NCBI GenBank assembly: GCA_026395755.1
Contig: JAPLYC010000073.1
Location: forward strand, 1-46,960
DNA: 46,960 nt
Reading direction: 5' to 3'
DNA from: Candidatus Parcubacteria bacterium
GTDB taxonomy: Bacteria > Patescibacteriota > Patescibacteriia > CAIXNZ01
Made by a program: the position numbers and the translations under genes
Notes under the pieces: generated by a model
Databases searched by the model: none
Seen by the model: only the letters and a program-made list of their open reading frames with translations
What the model was told of the DNA's origin: nothing
Part shown: positions 1-9,111 of the stretch, piece by piece
How the letters are laid out: the number at the start of each line of letters is the position of its first letter
How positions within the stretch are numbered: position 1 is the stretch's first letter

Positions 1-64
1 CTTTTCTTTTCCTATATCGGAAAAAAGTTATAGAGCGACATCGACCCTGCTGTTGATTAATCAT
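1..64 (-). CDS. 5' end of an orphan CDS running off the window (MINQQQGRCRSITFFRYRKRK...)
   Basis: AAGGAG SD (71-76, minus strand) 6 nt before the ATG at 64; frame open to position 1; TGc-TATACT extended -10 at ~122-130. Confidence 0.45.
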   Translation of the reverse strand, partial: MINQQQGRCRSITFFRYRKRK

Positions 65-235
65 TTTTGTCTCCTTTCACCGTTTGATTCCATTTTAATG
101 AACGATCAGGTTGTTACCTATAGTATAGCAAATTTTTGTCAAATTAAGATGTGGATAAAAGCAGCCTTGGCGCCTCTTTGTCAGAACAGAAATATTTTGA
201 TATAATATAATCAGTAAATATAGCTATTTTATACT

Positions 236-715
236 ATGGACGAACAAACGCCCGTGTTTTTTACGAGTTTCGACGAATTAAAGGAAAATTTGGAAAACGG
301 CCATGGCGCTGACCGTTCTCTTTTGAATTTCGAGGGCCAGTCTCTGAAAAATCGGGACCAGGAAAATTGGTTTAATGAGGATTTTGAGGGAGAATTATCA
401 GTTGACGTTTATCAGAGCAGTAATAATATTATTGTTAAATCCACGATTGCCGGAGTCAAGCCCGAAGATCTGGAAATTTATGTCCATAATGATTTGCTGA
501 CCATCAGAGGCAAAAGGGAAAGCGAACGCGAAGAAGACAGCTCTGATTATTTTTTTAAAGAATGCTATTGGGGTGGTTTTTCCCGCTCAATTATTCTGCC
601 GGTGGAAGTGCAGGTCGATAATATCGAAGCGACTTTAAAAAATGGCATTTTAAAAATTGTCCTGCCGATTTCCCAAAAATCAAAATTAATTAATGTCCAG
701 GTAAAACACGATTAA
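236..715 (+). CDS. Small heat-shock protein (Hsp20/alpha-crystallin family)
   Basis: VDVYQ...GVKPEDLEI...LTIRGKR...ECYWGGFSRSIILP...ATLKNGILKIVLP alpha-crystallin signature. Confidence 0.93.
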   Translation: MDEQTPVFFTSFDELKENLENGHGADRSLLNFEGQSLKNRDQENWFNEDFEGELSVDVYQSSNNIIVKSTIAGVKPEDLEIYVHNDLLTIRGKRESEREEDSSDYFFKECYWGGFSRSIILPVEVQVDNIEATLKNGILKIVLPISQKSKLINVQVKHD

Positions 716-717
716 GC

Positions 718-951
718 ATGTCAGGTTCTTACTCCACAATTGATCGTTTCGAAGGCGACAAAGCAGTCTTGATTTTTCCCGACAGAAAGACAATGATCGT
801 TGCTAGGGGCAAATTGCCAGCCGGGGCAAAAGAAGGCGACTTGGTTGAGATAAATTTTTCCGTTAATCAGGCCAAGACCAAAAAGGCAAAAACATTAATC
901 AATAAATTATTAAGTAAGTTATTAAAAAGCCAACGTCATGAAAATACTTGA
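718..951 (+). CDS. DUF3006-like small protein
   Basis: TIDRFEGDKAVL...LPAGAKEGD pattern typical of DUF3006. Confidence 0.75.
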   Translation: MSGSYSTIDRFEGDKAVLIFPDRKTMIVARGKLPAGAKEGDLVEINFSVNQAKTKKAKTLINKLLSKLLKSQRHENT

Positions 952-2092
952 AATTTTAGGCATTCAAAAAAAAGAGGAAAAACCCAAGAAAAGGTTAATG
1001 ATTGAATTAACCGTTTTTTTTATTTTGCTGATAATTATTGTTTTTGTCGCTACGCCGGTGATTGCTTATGAAAGTATTTACAAAAATAAAATTTATTCCG
1101 GGGTTTATATTGACGGCGTAAATGTCGGCGGGCTGATCAAAAGCCAGGCCATTGAAGAAATAAACCGTAATTATGACAGTATCAGGAATAATGGCTTGAA
1201 TTTTATTTTTAATAATCAAAATTATAATCTGCCGATTACCGCGGTTTCACCCACTGATCCTGACTTGGCCTTTGAAATTTTACGCTTTAAAGTGGATGAA
1301 ATGGTGGATACAGCCTATCAATACGGGCGCTCTGGCCGCTGGGATGAGAAATTCGGGCAGCAGCTGGCAGCCTTATTAAACAAAGCTGAGCTTCCGCTGC
1401 AATATGATTTAAATAATGAGGAATTGATAAAGGCTTTGACGGAAAAATTCAGCCAATTTGAAAATCCGGCTCAGGACGCCAGAATTTCCTTTGCTGATAA
1501 TGGCGAAACAAAAATTTTACCTGATAATGACGGTTTTATCATTGATTATGAGCAGGCCTTAACTGATTTGAAAAACAATATTAATTTAATCGCCATTAAT
1601 AGCATCCAGCTGAAAACCAAGCCGGCCATTGCTCAGGTGCGTCAGGCCGAGGCTACCGTTCTTTTACCCAAAGTACAGGAAATTATTGCCTTGGATAAAT
1701 TGGTCTTTAAATATCAGCCATTGGTTGATAAGGAGAAAATTTGGGAAATAGGCAGCGCAGAATACCGCAATTGGCTGGCCTTCAAAAAAGTTGACAATAT
1801 AGTTTCAGTGGAATTCAATGCCGCTTTAATTGCTCCAAAATTTGATGCCATTGGCCAGGAGATCAATGTTCCGCCGCAGGATGCCAAGTTTCAGATGACT
1901 GACGGCAAGGTTACGGAATTTAAACCGGCTCTGCCGGGGCTGGAATTGGATAGAGAAACAAGTTTGACTCAGTTAAATCAGGAATTCATTGCCAATAAGA
2001 ATAAGGAAGTTACTTTGGCGGTCAAAGAATCTGAACCCAATAATAAAACAGAAGATTCATCATTTGAACGGACTGATTATTCCGCCCGGTGA
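938..2092 (+). pseudogene. VanW-like cell-envelope protein, N-terminal part (TM anchor + PG_binding_4-like repeats), out of frame after ~2057
   Basis: N-terminal TM helix; IYSGVYIDGVNVGGL and two P.DA.i.f motifs; the VanW domain continues in a different frame. Confidence 0.75.
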
Positions 2093-2777
2093 ATTTTCAA
2101 CCGTTGACGCTATAGGTGAAGTTAACGCGGCCACCGGATATTTTCAGGAATACGTGATTAAAGGAGACCGAACTATTCCTGAATATGGAGGCGGCCTCTG
2201 TCAGATTGGCACGACTATGTTCCGCGTGGCCCTATACAGCGGTTTGCCGATAACCGAAAGAAGACCGCACTCCTATATCGTAAGTTACTATAATCCTTTG
2301 GGCATGGACGCTACAATTTACGGGCCGCATCCGGATTTAAGATTTAATAATGACACGGGCTATAATATTTTATTACAGATAAAAATAGACGGCACAGAAT
2401 TAACTTTTGAATTTTGGGGCACCAGTGACGGACGCAAAACAGAAATTACCGACCCCGTACTATATAATTGGACAGGTATTCCCGCAGATAAGCTGATTGA
2501 AAATATCAAATTAAAACCGGGTGAAAAGAAAAAAATGGAAACCGGCCGCCGCGGCGCTGATTCCCATTTTTACCGTTATATTACCAAGGCTGACGGCGTC
2601 AAAGCCGAAGAAATTTTCCGCAGTCATTATGTGGCCTGGCCCAATATCTATGAAGTCGGCGTTACTCCCAAACCCGAAGTCCCCGCAACTGACAGTATTT
2701 CTGAACCGAGTACCTCCAATAGCGCAGCTGCCGGTGAAAGCGGTACAACCAATACAAATACCAATAGTACGCAATAG
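2058..2777 (+). pseudogene. VanW domain, C-terminal part of the split VanW-like gene
   Basis: LNGLIIPPGEFS...GGGLCQIGTTMFRVALYSGLPITERRPHSY...GMDATIY...DLRFNNDTG VanW signature; no credible start of its own. Confidence 0.85.
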
Positions 2778-2783
2778 AATAAT

Positions 2784-2820
2784 AAAAAATTCCTCCGCGA
2801 CTCGGAGGAGTTTTTTTATT
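2784..2820. terminator. Bidirectional intrinsic terminator
   Basis: A6-TTCCTCCG-cgact-CGGAGGAG-T7 between convergent genes. Confidence 0.85.
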
Positions 2821-3596
2821 TAAGTATTTCTTTCATATTCTTTTGACGCCAGCCACAATCCTTCGAACATGGCGTTGAAGAGGTCGTGTATTTCCGGCGA
2901 TTGAATCAAAATGGCAGATAATTCATCGAGTGAAGAAATAATGGCCACTTTATCATCAAAGATAATCATGACTGATTTGAAATGGCCTTCCATCACCTGG
3001 GGCAGATAGCGGGGATTGCGGTCTTTGATTTCTTCCGGGGTTAAAGAGCGGCGGCCGGGATTGTTTTCCCACAGGGATCGGGCTGTGATTTGTCGATCCT
3101 GGCGGGTTTGGATAAAATAGTCAGCATATTTTTTATCAAATTCAGAAAAGAAATTTTTGTTGGGCGCAATAATATCCCAATGTCTGGATTTACAGTATAA
3201 GGCCTGTTCCACTACCAGCTTAATGCCGGCAATGCCTTCATAATGTAATATATTTGATTGGGTCAATTGCTTGGCATTTTTTGGTTGCAGTAAAGGCAAA
3301 ATTTCATCCAGTTCTTTTTGTTGGTCTTCAAGCACATGGATTTGGCTGACGATTAATCGCTTGATATCTTTGGGATTGGTCATGATGAAGGCCAGGCGAG
3401 TGGCTGTGCCTTTATTGGCGACCAGGCCTTTTTGCATCAGGGTGTTTAAGGCATGATAAATCGTGGTGCGTTTAATGCCGGTTATCTTTTCCAGTTCTTT
3501 GACCCCGATACTCGGAAAATCCAAACCGGCTAAGTAAATAGCGGTTTCCGTGGCTGTCAGGCCAATGTTCTTTAAAATGGTTTTGATTTGTTCCAT
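2820..3596 (-). CDS. TrmB-family HTH transcriptional regulator
   Basis: LKNIGLTATETAIYLA...ITGIKRTTIYHALNTLMQKGLV N-terminal HTH; YEGIAGIK and IFDDKVAIIS C-terminal motifs. Confidence 0.85.
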   Translation of the reverse strand: MEQIKTILKNIGLTATETAIYLAGLDFPSIGVKELEKITGIKRTTIYHALNTLMQKGLVANKGTATRLAFIMTNPKDIKRLIVSQIHVLEDQQKELDEILPLLQPKNAKQLTQSNILHYEGIAGIKLVVEQALYCKSRHWDIIAPNKNFFSEFDKKYADYFIQTRQDRQITARSLWENNPGRRSLTPEEIKDRNPRYLPQVMEGHFKSVMIIFDDKVAIISSLDELSAILIQSPEIHDLFNAMFEGLWLASKEYERNT

Positions 3597-3602
3597 GATT
3601 TA

Positions 3603-3631
3603 AATTTAGCGCTTTTAAAGTAATTTGTCAA
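3603..3631 (-). promoter_or_regulatory. Sigma70 promoter of the TrmB-like gene (probably leaderless)
   Basis: TTGACA-N17-TAAATT ending 6 nt before the ATG at 3596. Confidence 0.65.
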
Positions 3632-3753
3632 TAGCATTTTGAAATATAAATATGCTAATTATAGCCATTAATTACCTTTGTCATCCAATGGTTATAAACA
3701 CATATTGTAAGGTAAACGCTATTTTTCTATATTTTATGTATAAAGATTGCACC

Positions 3754-3782
3754 TTGACAAAGCACAGATTAATTCATAATCT
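3754..3782 (+). promoter_or_regulatory. Sigma70 promoter of the amidohydrolase-coaB-coaC operon
   Basis: TTGACA-N17-TAATCT; GGAGG SD before the ATG at 3823. Confidence 0.7.
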
Positions 3783-3822
3783 GTGAAGATAAAACAATTA
3801 CTTACTAACGGAGGAAATTACC

Positions 3823-4698
3823 ATGAGAAAGATTGATTTTCATGCCCATACTTCGGTTCATAAGCTTTGGGGCCTGCATACGCAGACTGCCACGATTTCA
3901 GATTTGGTTAAACTGGCAGCCAAACATGATTTGAAAAAAATTGTGCTTTTGGCGACTTATTTTCCCTTCAAAGGCAGCGGTCTGAAAAATCAGGAATTAC
4001 TGGATCGCATTTCCGGCAATCCGCTTTTCTGCATGTTCGCCAGTCTTGATGTTCAAAATAATTTTGAGCAGGGATTGCAGGAATTGCGGGAACTGGCCAA
4101 GCAGGGAAAAATCTGCGGTATCAAGCTGTATCCCGGTTATCAGGTATTTTCTCCGTCTGATCCCAAGGTTTTTCCGGTTTATCAACTGGCTCGGGAATTT
4201 GCTTTACCGGTTATGTTTCACGGCGGCGAACTGCACCATTGTTGTCAGGAAGAAGATCGGAAACAAGGTCGTTTCCGTTGCGGCCAAGCATGTAAAATTG
4301 ACCAGCTGGGGCATTTGGCTCAACCGGAATCTTTCGTGGGAGCCATAAAAAATTTCCCAACTGTCAATTTTATCATCAGTCATCTGGCAAATCCCTATTT
4401 TGAGGAGCTGCGACAAATCATGTCTTTATATCCCAATGTCTATACTGATATCTCCGGTCAATTTATTTCTGCAACCTCAGAGGCATATCCTGAGTATCAG
4501 CAACTGATTATCTCGGAAATCAGAAAGTTTCTGGAAATGCCGCAAGGAATTTACCGGGTGATGTTCGGCACTGATTTCCCAATTCAATCTCATGAAGATT
4601 CAGTCAGTCTGATTGAATCTCTCAACCTTAGTGCGGATGATGCGGAAAAAATTTATTTTTCCAATGCCGCCAAACTACTCAAACTCACGGAGGACTAG
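3823..4698 (+). CDS. Amidohydrolase_2 family metal-dependent hydrolase
   Basis: IDFHAH, GIKLYPGYQ, PVMFHGG, IISHLANP, NVYTDIS and VMFGTDFP motifs. Confidence 0.9.
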   Translation: MRKIDFHAHTSVHKLWGLHTQTATISDLVKLAAKHDLKKIVLLATYFPFKGSGLKNQELLDRISGNPLFCMFASLDVQNNFEQGLQELRELAKQGKICGIKLYPGYQVFSPSDPKVFPVYQLAREFALPVMFHGGELHHCCQEEDRKQGRFRCGQACKIDQLGHLAQPESFVGAIKNFPTVNFIISHLANPYFEELRQIMSLYPNVYTDISGQFISATSEAYPEYQQLIISEIRKFLEMPQGIYRVMFGTDFPIQSHEDSVSLIESLNLSADDAEKIYFSNAAKLLKLTED

Positions 4699-4700
4699 TC

Positions 4701-5366
4701 ATGAACAAAAAAGTATTGGTCACGGCCGGCTCGACCATGATCAGGATCGATCAGGTTCGGGTCATTTCCAATATCTTCAAAGGCTCAACTGGCACGCAAA
4801 TCGCCGCTTACTTTCAGAGTCAGGGCGATGAAGTCACTCTGATCACTTCCAACCCCAAACTAGCTTCAGCCCTGCAAGTTTCTAAGGTCGAGACTTACTG
4901 CACCTTTGATGAATTAGCTGATCTTATGGAGTCGGCAATCACCGGCGGCAAATATGATGTCATCATCCATTCAGCTGCTGTCAGTGATTACAAAACCGCC
5001 GGTGTCTTTACCCGGGAAGATAATGATAGGGAACTGGTCAGCCTGGATGCTTCTACCAAAATTTCTTCCGAGCATGAAGAGCTCTTTCTCAAGCTGGTAC
5101 CCACACCCAAACTCATTGACCAGATCCGCCAGCCCTGGGGTTTTCAGGGTTTGCTGGTCAAATTCAAACTGCAGGTCGGTTTGCCTGATGATTGGGCCCT
5201 GATTGATATTGCCAGACGAAGTTTGGATTTTTCCAAAGCTGATCTGATCGTGGCCAATTGCCTCGAATGGGCCAGGGAATATGCCTATTTCATCGATAAA
5301 CACAACAACGTCAAACGAACCAGCCGTGATGATTTAGCGGCTGAACTTTACAGGAGGACCAGATGA
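4701..5366 (+). CDS. coaB: CoaB-like phosphopantothenate-cysteine ligase (DFP domain)
   Basis: VLVTAGST..RIDQVRVISN, IIHSAAVSDY, LVPTPKLID, LVKFKL and ADLIVAN motifs. Confidence 0.8.
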   Translation: MNKKVLVTAGSTMIRIDQVRVISNIFKGSTGTQIAAYFQSQGDEVTLITSNPKLASALQVSKVETYCTFDELADLMESAITGGKYDVIIHSAAVSDYKTAGVFTREDNDRELVSLDASTKISSEHEELFLKLVPTPKLIDQIRQPWGFQGLLVKFKLQVGLPDDWALIDIARRSLDFSKADLIVANCLEWAREYAYFIDKHNNVKRTSRDDLAAELYRRTR

Positions 5367-7117
5367 AAATTTTGCTTGGTGTCACCGGAAGTGTGGCAGC
5401 AAAACTCACTCCCAAACTGGTAAAGCTCCTGCTCAAGCAGGGGCATGTGGTTCAGGTCGTGGCCACGGAAAAATCTCTCTATTTCTGGAACCAGGATCAG
5501 CTGGAAGTTCCGGTTGTGACTGAAGCTGATGAATGGCCGGGAATTCAGTATGATCAGGATGCTGCCATTACCCATATTGCTTTGCGGGAATGGGCAGATC
5601 TGATGCTGATTGCTCCGCTGACAGCCAACACTCTCGGCAAAATGGCCAATGGTTTGTGTGACAATCTGCTGACCAGCATTGTCCGTGCCTGGGACAGGCA
5701 AAAACCTGTTGTGGTGGCACCGGCCATGAACACCAAGATGTGGGAGCATCCGCTGACTGCTGAACATCTGAATAAATTGGGGGAGTGGTATCCACTTTCC
5801 GTTGTCCAGCCAGTTGCTAAAAAATTGGCCTGCGGTGATTACGGCCTCGGAGCCATGGCTGATTTGGACAGCATTGTTCAGTCAGTTCAGGACGCAGTCA
5901 ATTCACTTAAGCAAAAGAAGCAAGAACCCAAAAGCAACAAAAAAATTACAGTCATCGGCGGACCCATTGCTCAGGCGATTGATCCGGTGCTGAATCTGGT
6001 TCCGACCGGTAAAGGAAAATTGGCACATCAGGTTGCCTCAGAATTTTCCAAACACTTCAACGAGGTGGATCGACTGGGCAATTTTGAAGGCAGTAAAAAA
6101 TGCGACTACGTCGATCTGGAGCAGGAAGTTCTTAATTTGCAAAGTGACGTGGTAATTTTTCTGCCGCATATCGCCAATGTCCTGGTGGAAAAACAAAACG
6201 CCAAGATCCGCGTGGCTGAAGGCTGGACCGGTGAGATTAAAATTACTGGCGCGCCCAAACTGCTCAATCTGGTTAAAAAGTTTCATCCCGAAGTTCTGCT
6301 GGTTCCGTTCAAACTGGCTGAAGCTGACATGGGCAAGGCCGAGATCGTAAAGTGGATGTTGGAATCCCATGCGGCTCTGGCAGTTTATTCCCGCCTGGGA
6401 AATTCTCAGTCCTTCTGGATCATCGATGCCCTGGGTAACGAGATCCCAGTCAGCAAAAATGATTTGCCGGGTGAATTGGTTGCTCAGGTAAAAAAATATC
6501 TGCAGGCTGTCAGGCGCCGCAGCGTCAAAATCGGCGAAGCAGTGCCTGAAGTTCCGCATCTGGAAACCTGGGTAAATTTTTCCCGCAAGATGCAGCCGGC
6601 TTTTTCTCAGCTCATGGAAAGAAATGTGGCCACGGGCCGCTGGCCAGGCAATTTTTCTTTCCGTTGCACCCACGGCTTTCTGTCCGAGCGTTGCGAGCAG
6701 GGCTTTGTCATCACTAAGCGCAATGTAGCTAAAAGCGGATTGCAGCCCGATGACTTTGTTCTGGTCAATTTGGAGCTGGAAGATGATCAATTGTCTTACC
6801 AGGCCAAAGGGGAAGCCAAACCCAGCATTGATGCGCCGATCCACCGTTTGATTTATGAAAAATTAGCCTGGGTCAAAAGCATTGTGCACGGGCATTTGCA
6901 CATTGTTCTTCCCCCAGAGATTGACTTCATGCTAGAACAATGGCCTTGCGGTGCGGAAAACGAAGCTTTGGAGCTTCTGGAAATCGCGCCTCAAGAAACC
7001 GTTCCTTTATGGGTAATCAATATTTCCGGTCACGGTTTTATCGCCCTCATCGGCGCTGAAGATCCGTCTGATTCTCTGGAAGAATTGAGCCGGCTTGATT
7101 ACCGGGTTACCTATTAA
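5363..7117 (+). CDS. coaC: Fusion of CoaC/Hal3-like flavoprotein decarboxylase + degenerate CoaB-like domain + class II aldolase/adducin-like domain
   Basis: KILLGVTGSVAA, HIALREWAD, APLTANTLGK, PAMNTKMW, KKLACGDYG; then VIGGP..AIDPV...PKLL...PFKL; then GNFSFR...PSIDAPIHRLIY...IVHGH...GHG; ATGA overlap with coaB. Confidence 0.75.
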   Translation: MKILLGVTGSVAAKLTPKLVKLLLKQGHVVQVVATEKSLYFWNQDQLEVPVVTEADEWPGIQYDQDAAITHIALREWADLMLIAPLTANTLGKMANGLCDNLLTSIVRAWDRQKPVVVAPAMNTKMWEHPLTAEHLNKLGEWYPLSVVQPVAKKLACGDYGLGAMADLDSIVQSVQDAVNSLKQKKQEPKSNKKITVIGGPIAQAIDPVLNLVPTGKGKLAHQVASEFSKHFNEVDRLGNFEGSKKCDYVDLEQEVLNLQSDVVIFLPHIANVLVEKQNAKIRVAEGWTGEIKITGAPKLLNLVKKFHPEVLLVPFKLAEADMGKAEIVKWMLESHAALAVYSRLGNSQSFWIIDALGNEIPVSKNDLPGELVAQVKKYLQAVRRRSVKIGEAVPEVPHLETWVNFSRKMQPAFSQLMERNVATGRWPGNFSFRCTHGFLSERCEQGFVITKRNVAKSGLQPDDFVLVNLELEDDQLSYQAKGEAKPSIDAPIHRLIYEKLAWVKSIVHGHLHIVLPPEIDFMLEQWPCGAENEALELLEIAPQETVPLWVINISGHGFIALIGAEDPSDSLEELSRLDYRVTY

Positions 7118-7122
7118 TAACC

Positions 7123-7152
7123 AAGCCGTTCCACTATTTGGGACGGCTTTTT
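7123..7152 (+). terminator. Intrinsic terminator of the operon
   Basis: AAGCCGTTCC...GGGACGGCTT followed by a T tract. Confidence 0.8.
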
Positions 7153-7275
7153 AAATTAACGAAAACGGCTTTTACTGGTTTGACGAAGCCTTGCTTCGTT
7201 AGTCACACAGCAAGGCTGTGTTAAGCCTATCGTAGGCCGTTTTTCGCGGTTTAGGATGGTTATTTTCGCCAACTA

Positions 7276-7304
7276 TTGACAAAAAGTGAAATATATGCTA
7301 TTAT
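7276..7304 (+). promoter_or_regulatory. Sigma70 promoter of the 7374 orphan
   Basis: TTGACA-N17-TATTAT with extended TG. Confidence 0.75.
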
Positions 7305-7373
7305 TAAATGATGTGATTTTTATGGTTTATAAATGCAGAATGTTCTGTCTCATCACTACCAAGGAGGAATAAT

Positions 7374-8060
7374 ATGCCGATTTCTGAGGATAATGGCGTT
7401 GCCGTGGAAACCGTAAACGACGATCGTCAGCGTTTCGAAGATCCGATGGGTATTTTCGCCGACTACGGCGAATACGACGATCGTTACACGGAAGAAGACT
7501 GGTGCGATGAAGATGATCGGCAACGGGATGAAGATCCGATGGGGATTTTCGCCGGTTACGGTGAATGCGACGATCGCTACTTCGCCGAGCCGCCGATGTG
7601 CAAATGGGAAGACGGCGACGATTTCCGGGACGAATGGCTGTACGGCGACGATTTCCCGACCCCGTTCAAGTTTGAAGGACTGGCAGTTCCCCCGCCCAAG
7701 CCCAAGCACGGTCTTACGGACATCGAGGAACTGGAGCATTCGCGGTATACCATGTACAAAAAGCGCTGCCGCGGCCAGAAGCCCAAGTATAAGGAGCAGC
7801 GCCGGAACCAGCGGTTCTCCACCATCCTGCATGTTCACGTCGAGCTGACCAGAGCGGAATGGTTTTTCTATGATCAGCGGAACGAGCAGCAGTACCGGCA
7901 ACAGCAGGATCGCGACATCGCGCTTTTTGAGCTCGAAGAGGCAATGGCGGCGACCGAGGAATATCTCCAGGATTGCTGCCACCCCGACGAACAGCTCGAA
8001 CTGGAGATCAGTCTTCACGAGCTGGAAATGCGTTACCGTCAGCTGGCCAAAGCCGCTTGA
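7374..8060 (+). CDS. Orphan acidic protein with a 31-aa internal tandem duplication
   Basis: AAGGAGG SD, own promoter and terminator, GC-rich codon usage; DDRQRxEDPMGIFAxYGExDDRY occurs twice. Confidence 0.75.
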   Translation: MPISEDNGVAVETVNDDRQRFEDPMGIFADYGEYDDRYTEEDWCDEDDRQRDEDPMGIFAGYGECDDRYFAEPPMCKWEDGDDFRDEWLYGDDFPTPFKFEGLAVPPPKPKHGLTDIEELEHSRYTMYKKRCRGQKPKYKEQRRNQRFSTILHVHVELTRAEWFFYDQRNEQQYRQQQDRDIALFELEEAMAATEEYLQDCCHPDEQLELEISLHELEMRYRQLAKAA

Positions 8061-8080
8061 CCAAAATTCCACAACCCAAC

Positions 8081-8111
8081 CCCCCGGGACTTTTACCGGG
8101 GGTCTTTTTTT
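8081..8111 (+). terminator. Intrinsic terminator
   Basis: CCCCCGG-loop-CCGGGGG-tc-T7. Confidence 0.85.
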
Positions 8112-8115
8112 ATAC

Positions 8116-8348
8116 AAAAAAACACTCCGCGAACGAAGTGTCTTCTTTCCAAAATCTGCAGACAAGAATATCTGAAGAAGGAATAATCTAGCCGGAGCCG
8201 GATTGAAACCTTTTTCGGACACCCATGCTTATCGTGCCTGCAGATTTTGAAAAACAATTAGATTCAATTGCTTCCCCAAAGTCGCCCAAAATGATGGTCA
8301 TGCTGTTTTCAGGGGGAATAGAAACAGCTCTAACCGCCAATTGGACGA
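8116..8348 (-). ncRNA. Candidate stand-alone ~230-nt structured RNA
   Basis: Minus-strand TTGACA(8383-8378)-N17-TAAGTT(8360-8355) promoter with extended TG, two long stems with G-U pairs in the minus sense, terminator ACACTTCG-TTCG-CGGAGTGT-T6. Confidence 0.55.
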
Positions 8349-8364
8349 TACTTAAACTTATCAT

Positions 8365-8406
8365 AACTTAGAAAACTTGTCAAGAGAATGACAAGTTTTC
8401 TAGGTT
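8365..8406. terminator. Long inverted repeat downstream of clpP, overlapping the -35 of the ncRNA promoter
   Basis: AACTTAGAAAACTTGTCA-agagaa-TGACAAGTTTTCTAGGTT. Confidence 0.6.
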
Positions 8407-8432
8407 TTTGGCTTAGATTAGAAGAAATTTGT

Positions 8433-9038
8433 TTATTTGATGATTTTATCTACTAAGTGGTATTTTACCGCTTCTTCAGCGCTCATAAAAAAGTCACGAT
8501 CGGTGTCTTTTTCGATTTTGGCAATTGGTTGGTCCGTATGGTTAGCCAAAATAACATTTAATTTATCCTTAATTTTCAGGATATGCTCAGCCCGTATTCT
8601 AATATCAGATGCCTGGCCCTCGGCTCCGCCCATTACCTGATGGATCATGACTTCGGCATTGGGTAAAATCAGCCTCTTACCCTTGGCTCCGGCTGCCAAA
8701 AGCACGGCACCCATGGAAGCGGCAATACCCAGGCAGATAGTAGAAACATCAGCTTTAACAAATTGCATGGTGTCGTAAATGGCCAAACCGGAAGTGACTG
8801 AACCGCCGGGAGTATTGATATAAAGTTTAATATCTTTTTTAGAATCTTCACTGTCCAAAAAAAGCATCTGGGCAATTACAGTATTGGCCACGGCATCATT
8901 GATCGGCGAACCCAGAAAAATAATGCGTTCTTTTAATAAGCGGGAATAAATATCATACGCCCGTTCGCCCATAGATGATTTTTCAACTACAGTGGGAATT
9001 AAGTAGTTTTGAGTTTCATTATTTTTTGATTTTGGCAT
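8433..9038 (-). CDS. clpP: ATP-dependent Clp protease proteolytic subunit
   Basis: [50 protein letters not shown]. Confidence 0.97.
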   Translation of the reverse strand: MPKSKNNETQNYLIPTVVEKSSMGERAYDIYSRLLKERIIFLGSPINDAVANTVIAQMLFLDSEDSKKDIKLYINTPGGSVTSGLAIYDTMQFVKADVSTICLGIAASMGAVLLAAGAKGKRLILPNAEVMIHQVMGGAEGQASDIRIRAEHILKIKDKLNVILANHTDQPIAKIEKDTDRDFFMSAEEAVKYHLVDKIIK

Positions 9039-9061
9039 AAGTTTAGATTTAAGTATAAAGC

Positions 9062-9111
9062 TCGAAGTCCGAAGTCCGAATTTCGGCCTTCTGACTTCAG
9101 ACTTCGGACTT
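9062..9111. repeat. Heptamer-periodic inverted repeat (GAAGTCC/GACTTCx)
   Basis: cGAAGTCcGAAGTCcGAA...ttctGACTTCaGACTTCgGACTTC, overlapping the stop of the DHH gene. Confidence 0.7.

Noticed and set aside
938-2777. Programmed frameshift or TGA recoding (code 25) joining the VanW halves
   Set aside because: No slippery heptamer at the junction, sequence appears to be missing, and TGA is a true stop in leuS and rbfA.
5363-5900. LanD-type RiPP decarboxylase
   Set aside because: The adjacent CoaB and the Hal3/CoaC motifs fit PPC decarboxylase; no precursor peptide ending in Cys and no lanthipeptide enzymes are nearby.
6038-6844. 268-aa antisense ORF within the coaC fusion
   Set aside because: Fully overlaps a motif-supported + strand gene.
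7356-8222. 288-aa antisense ORF over the 7374 orphan
   Set aside because: Shadow of GC3-rich codon usage; the + strand has the promoter, SD, terminator and a synonymous repeat pattern.
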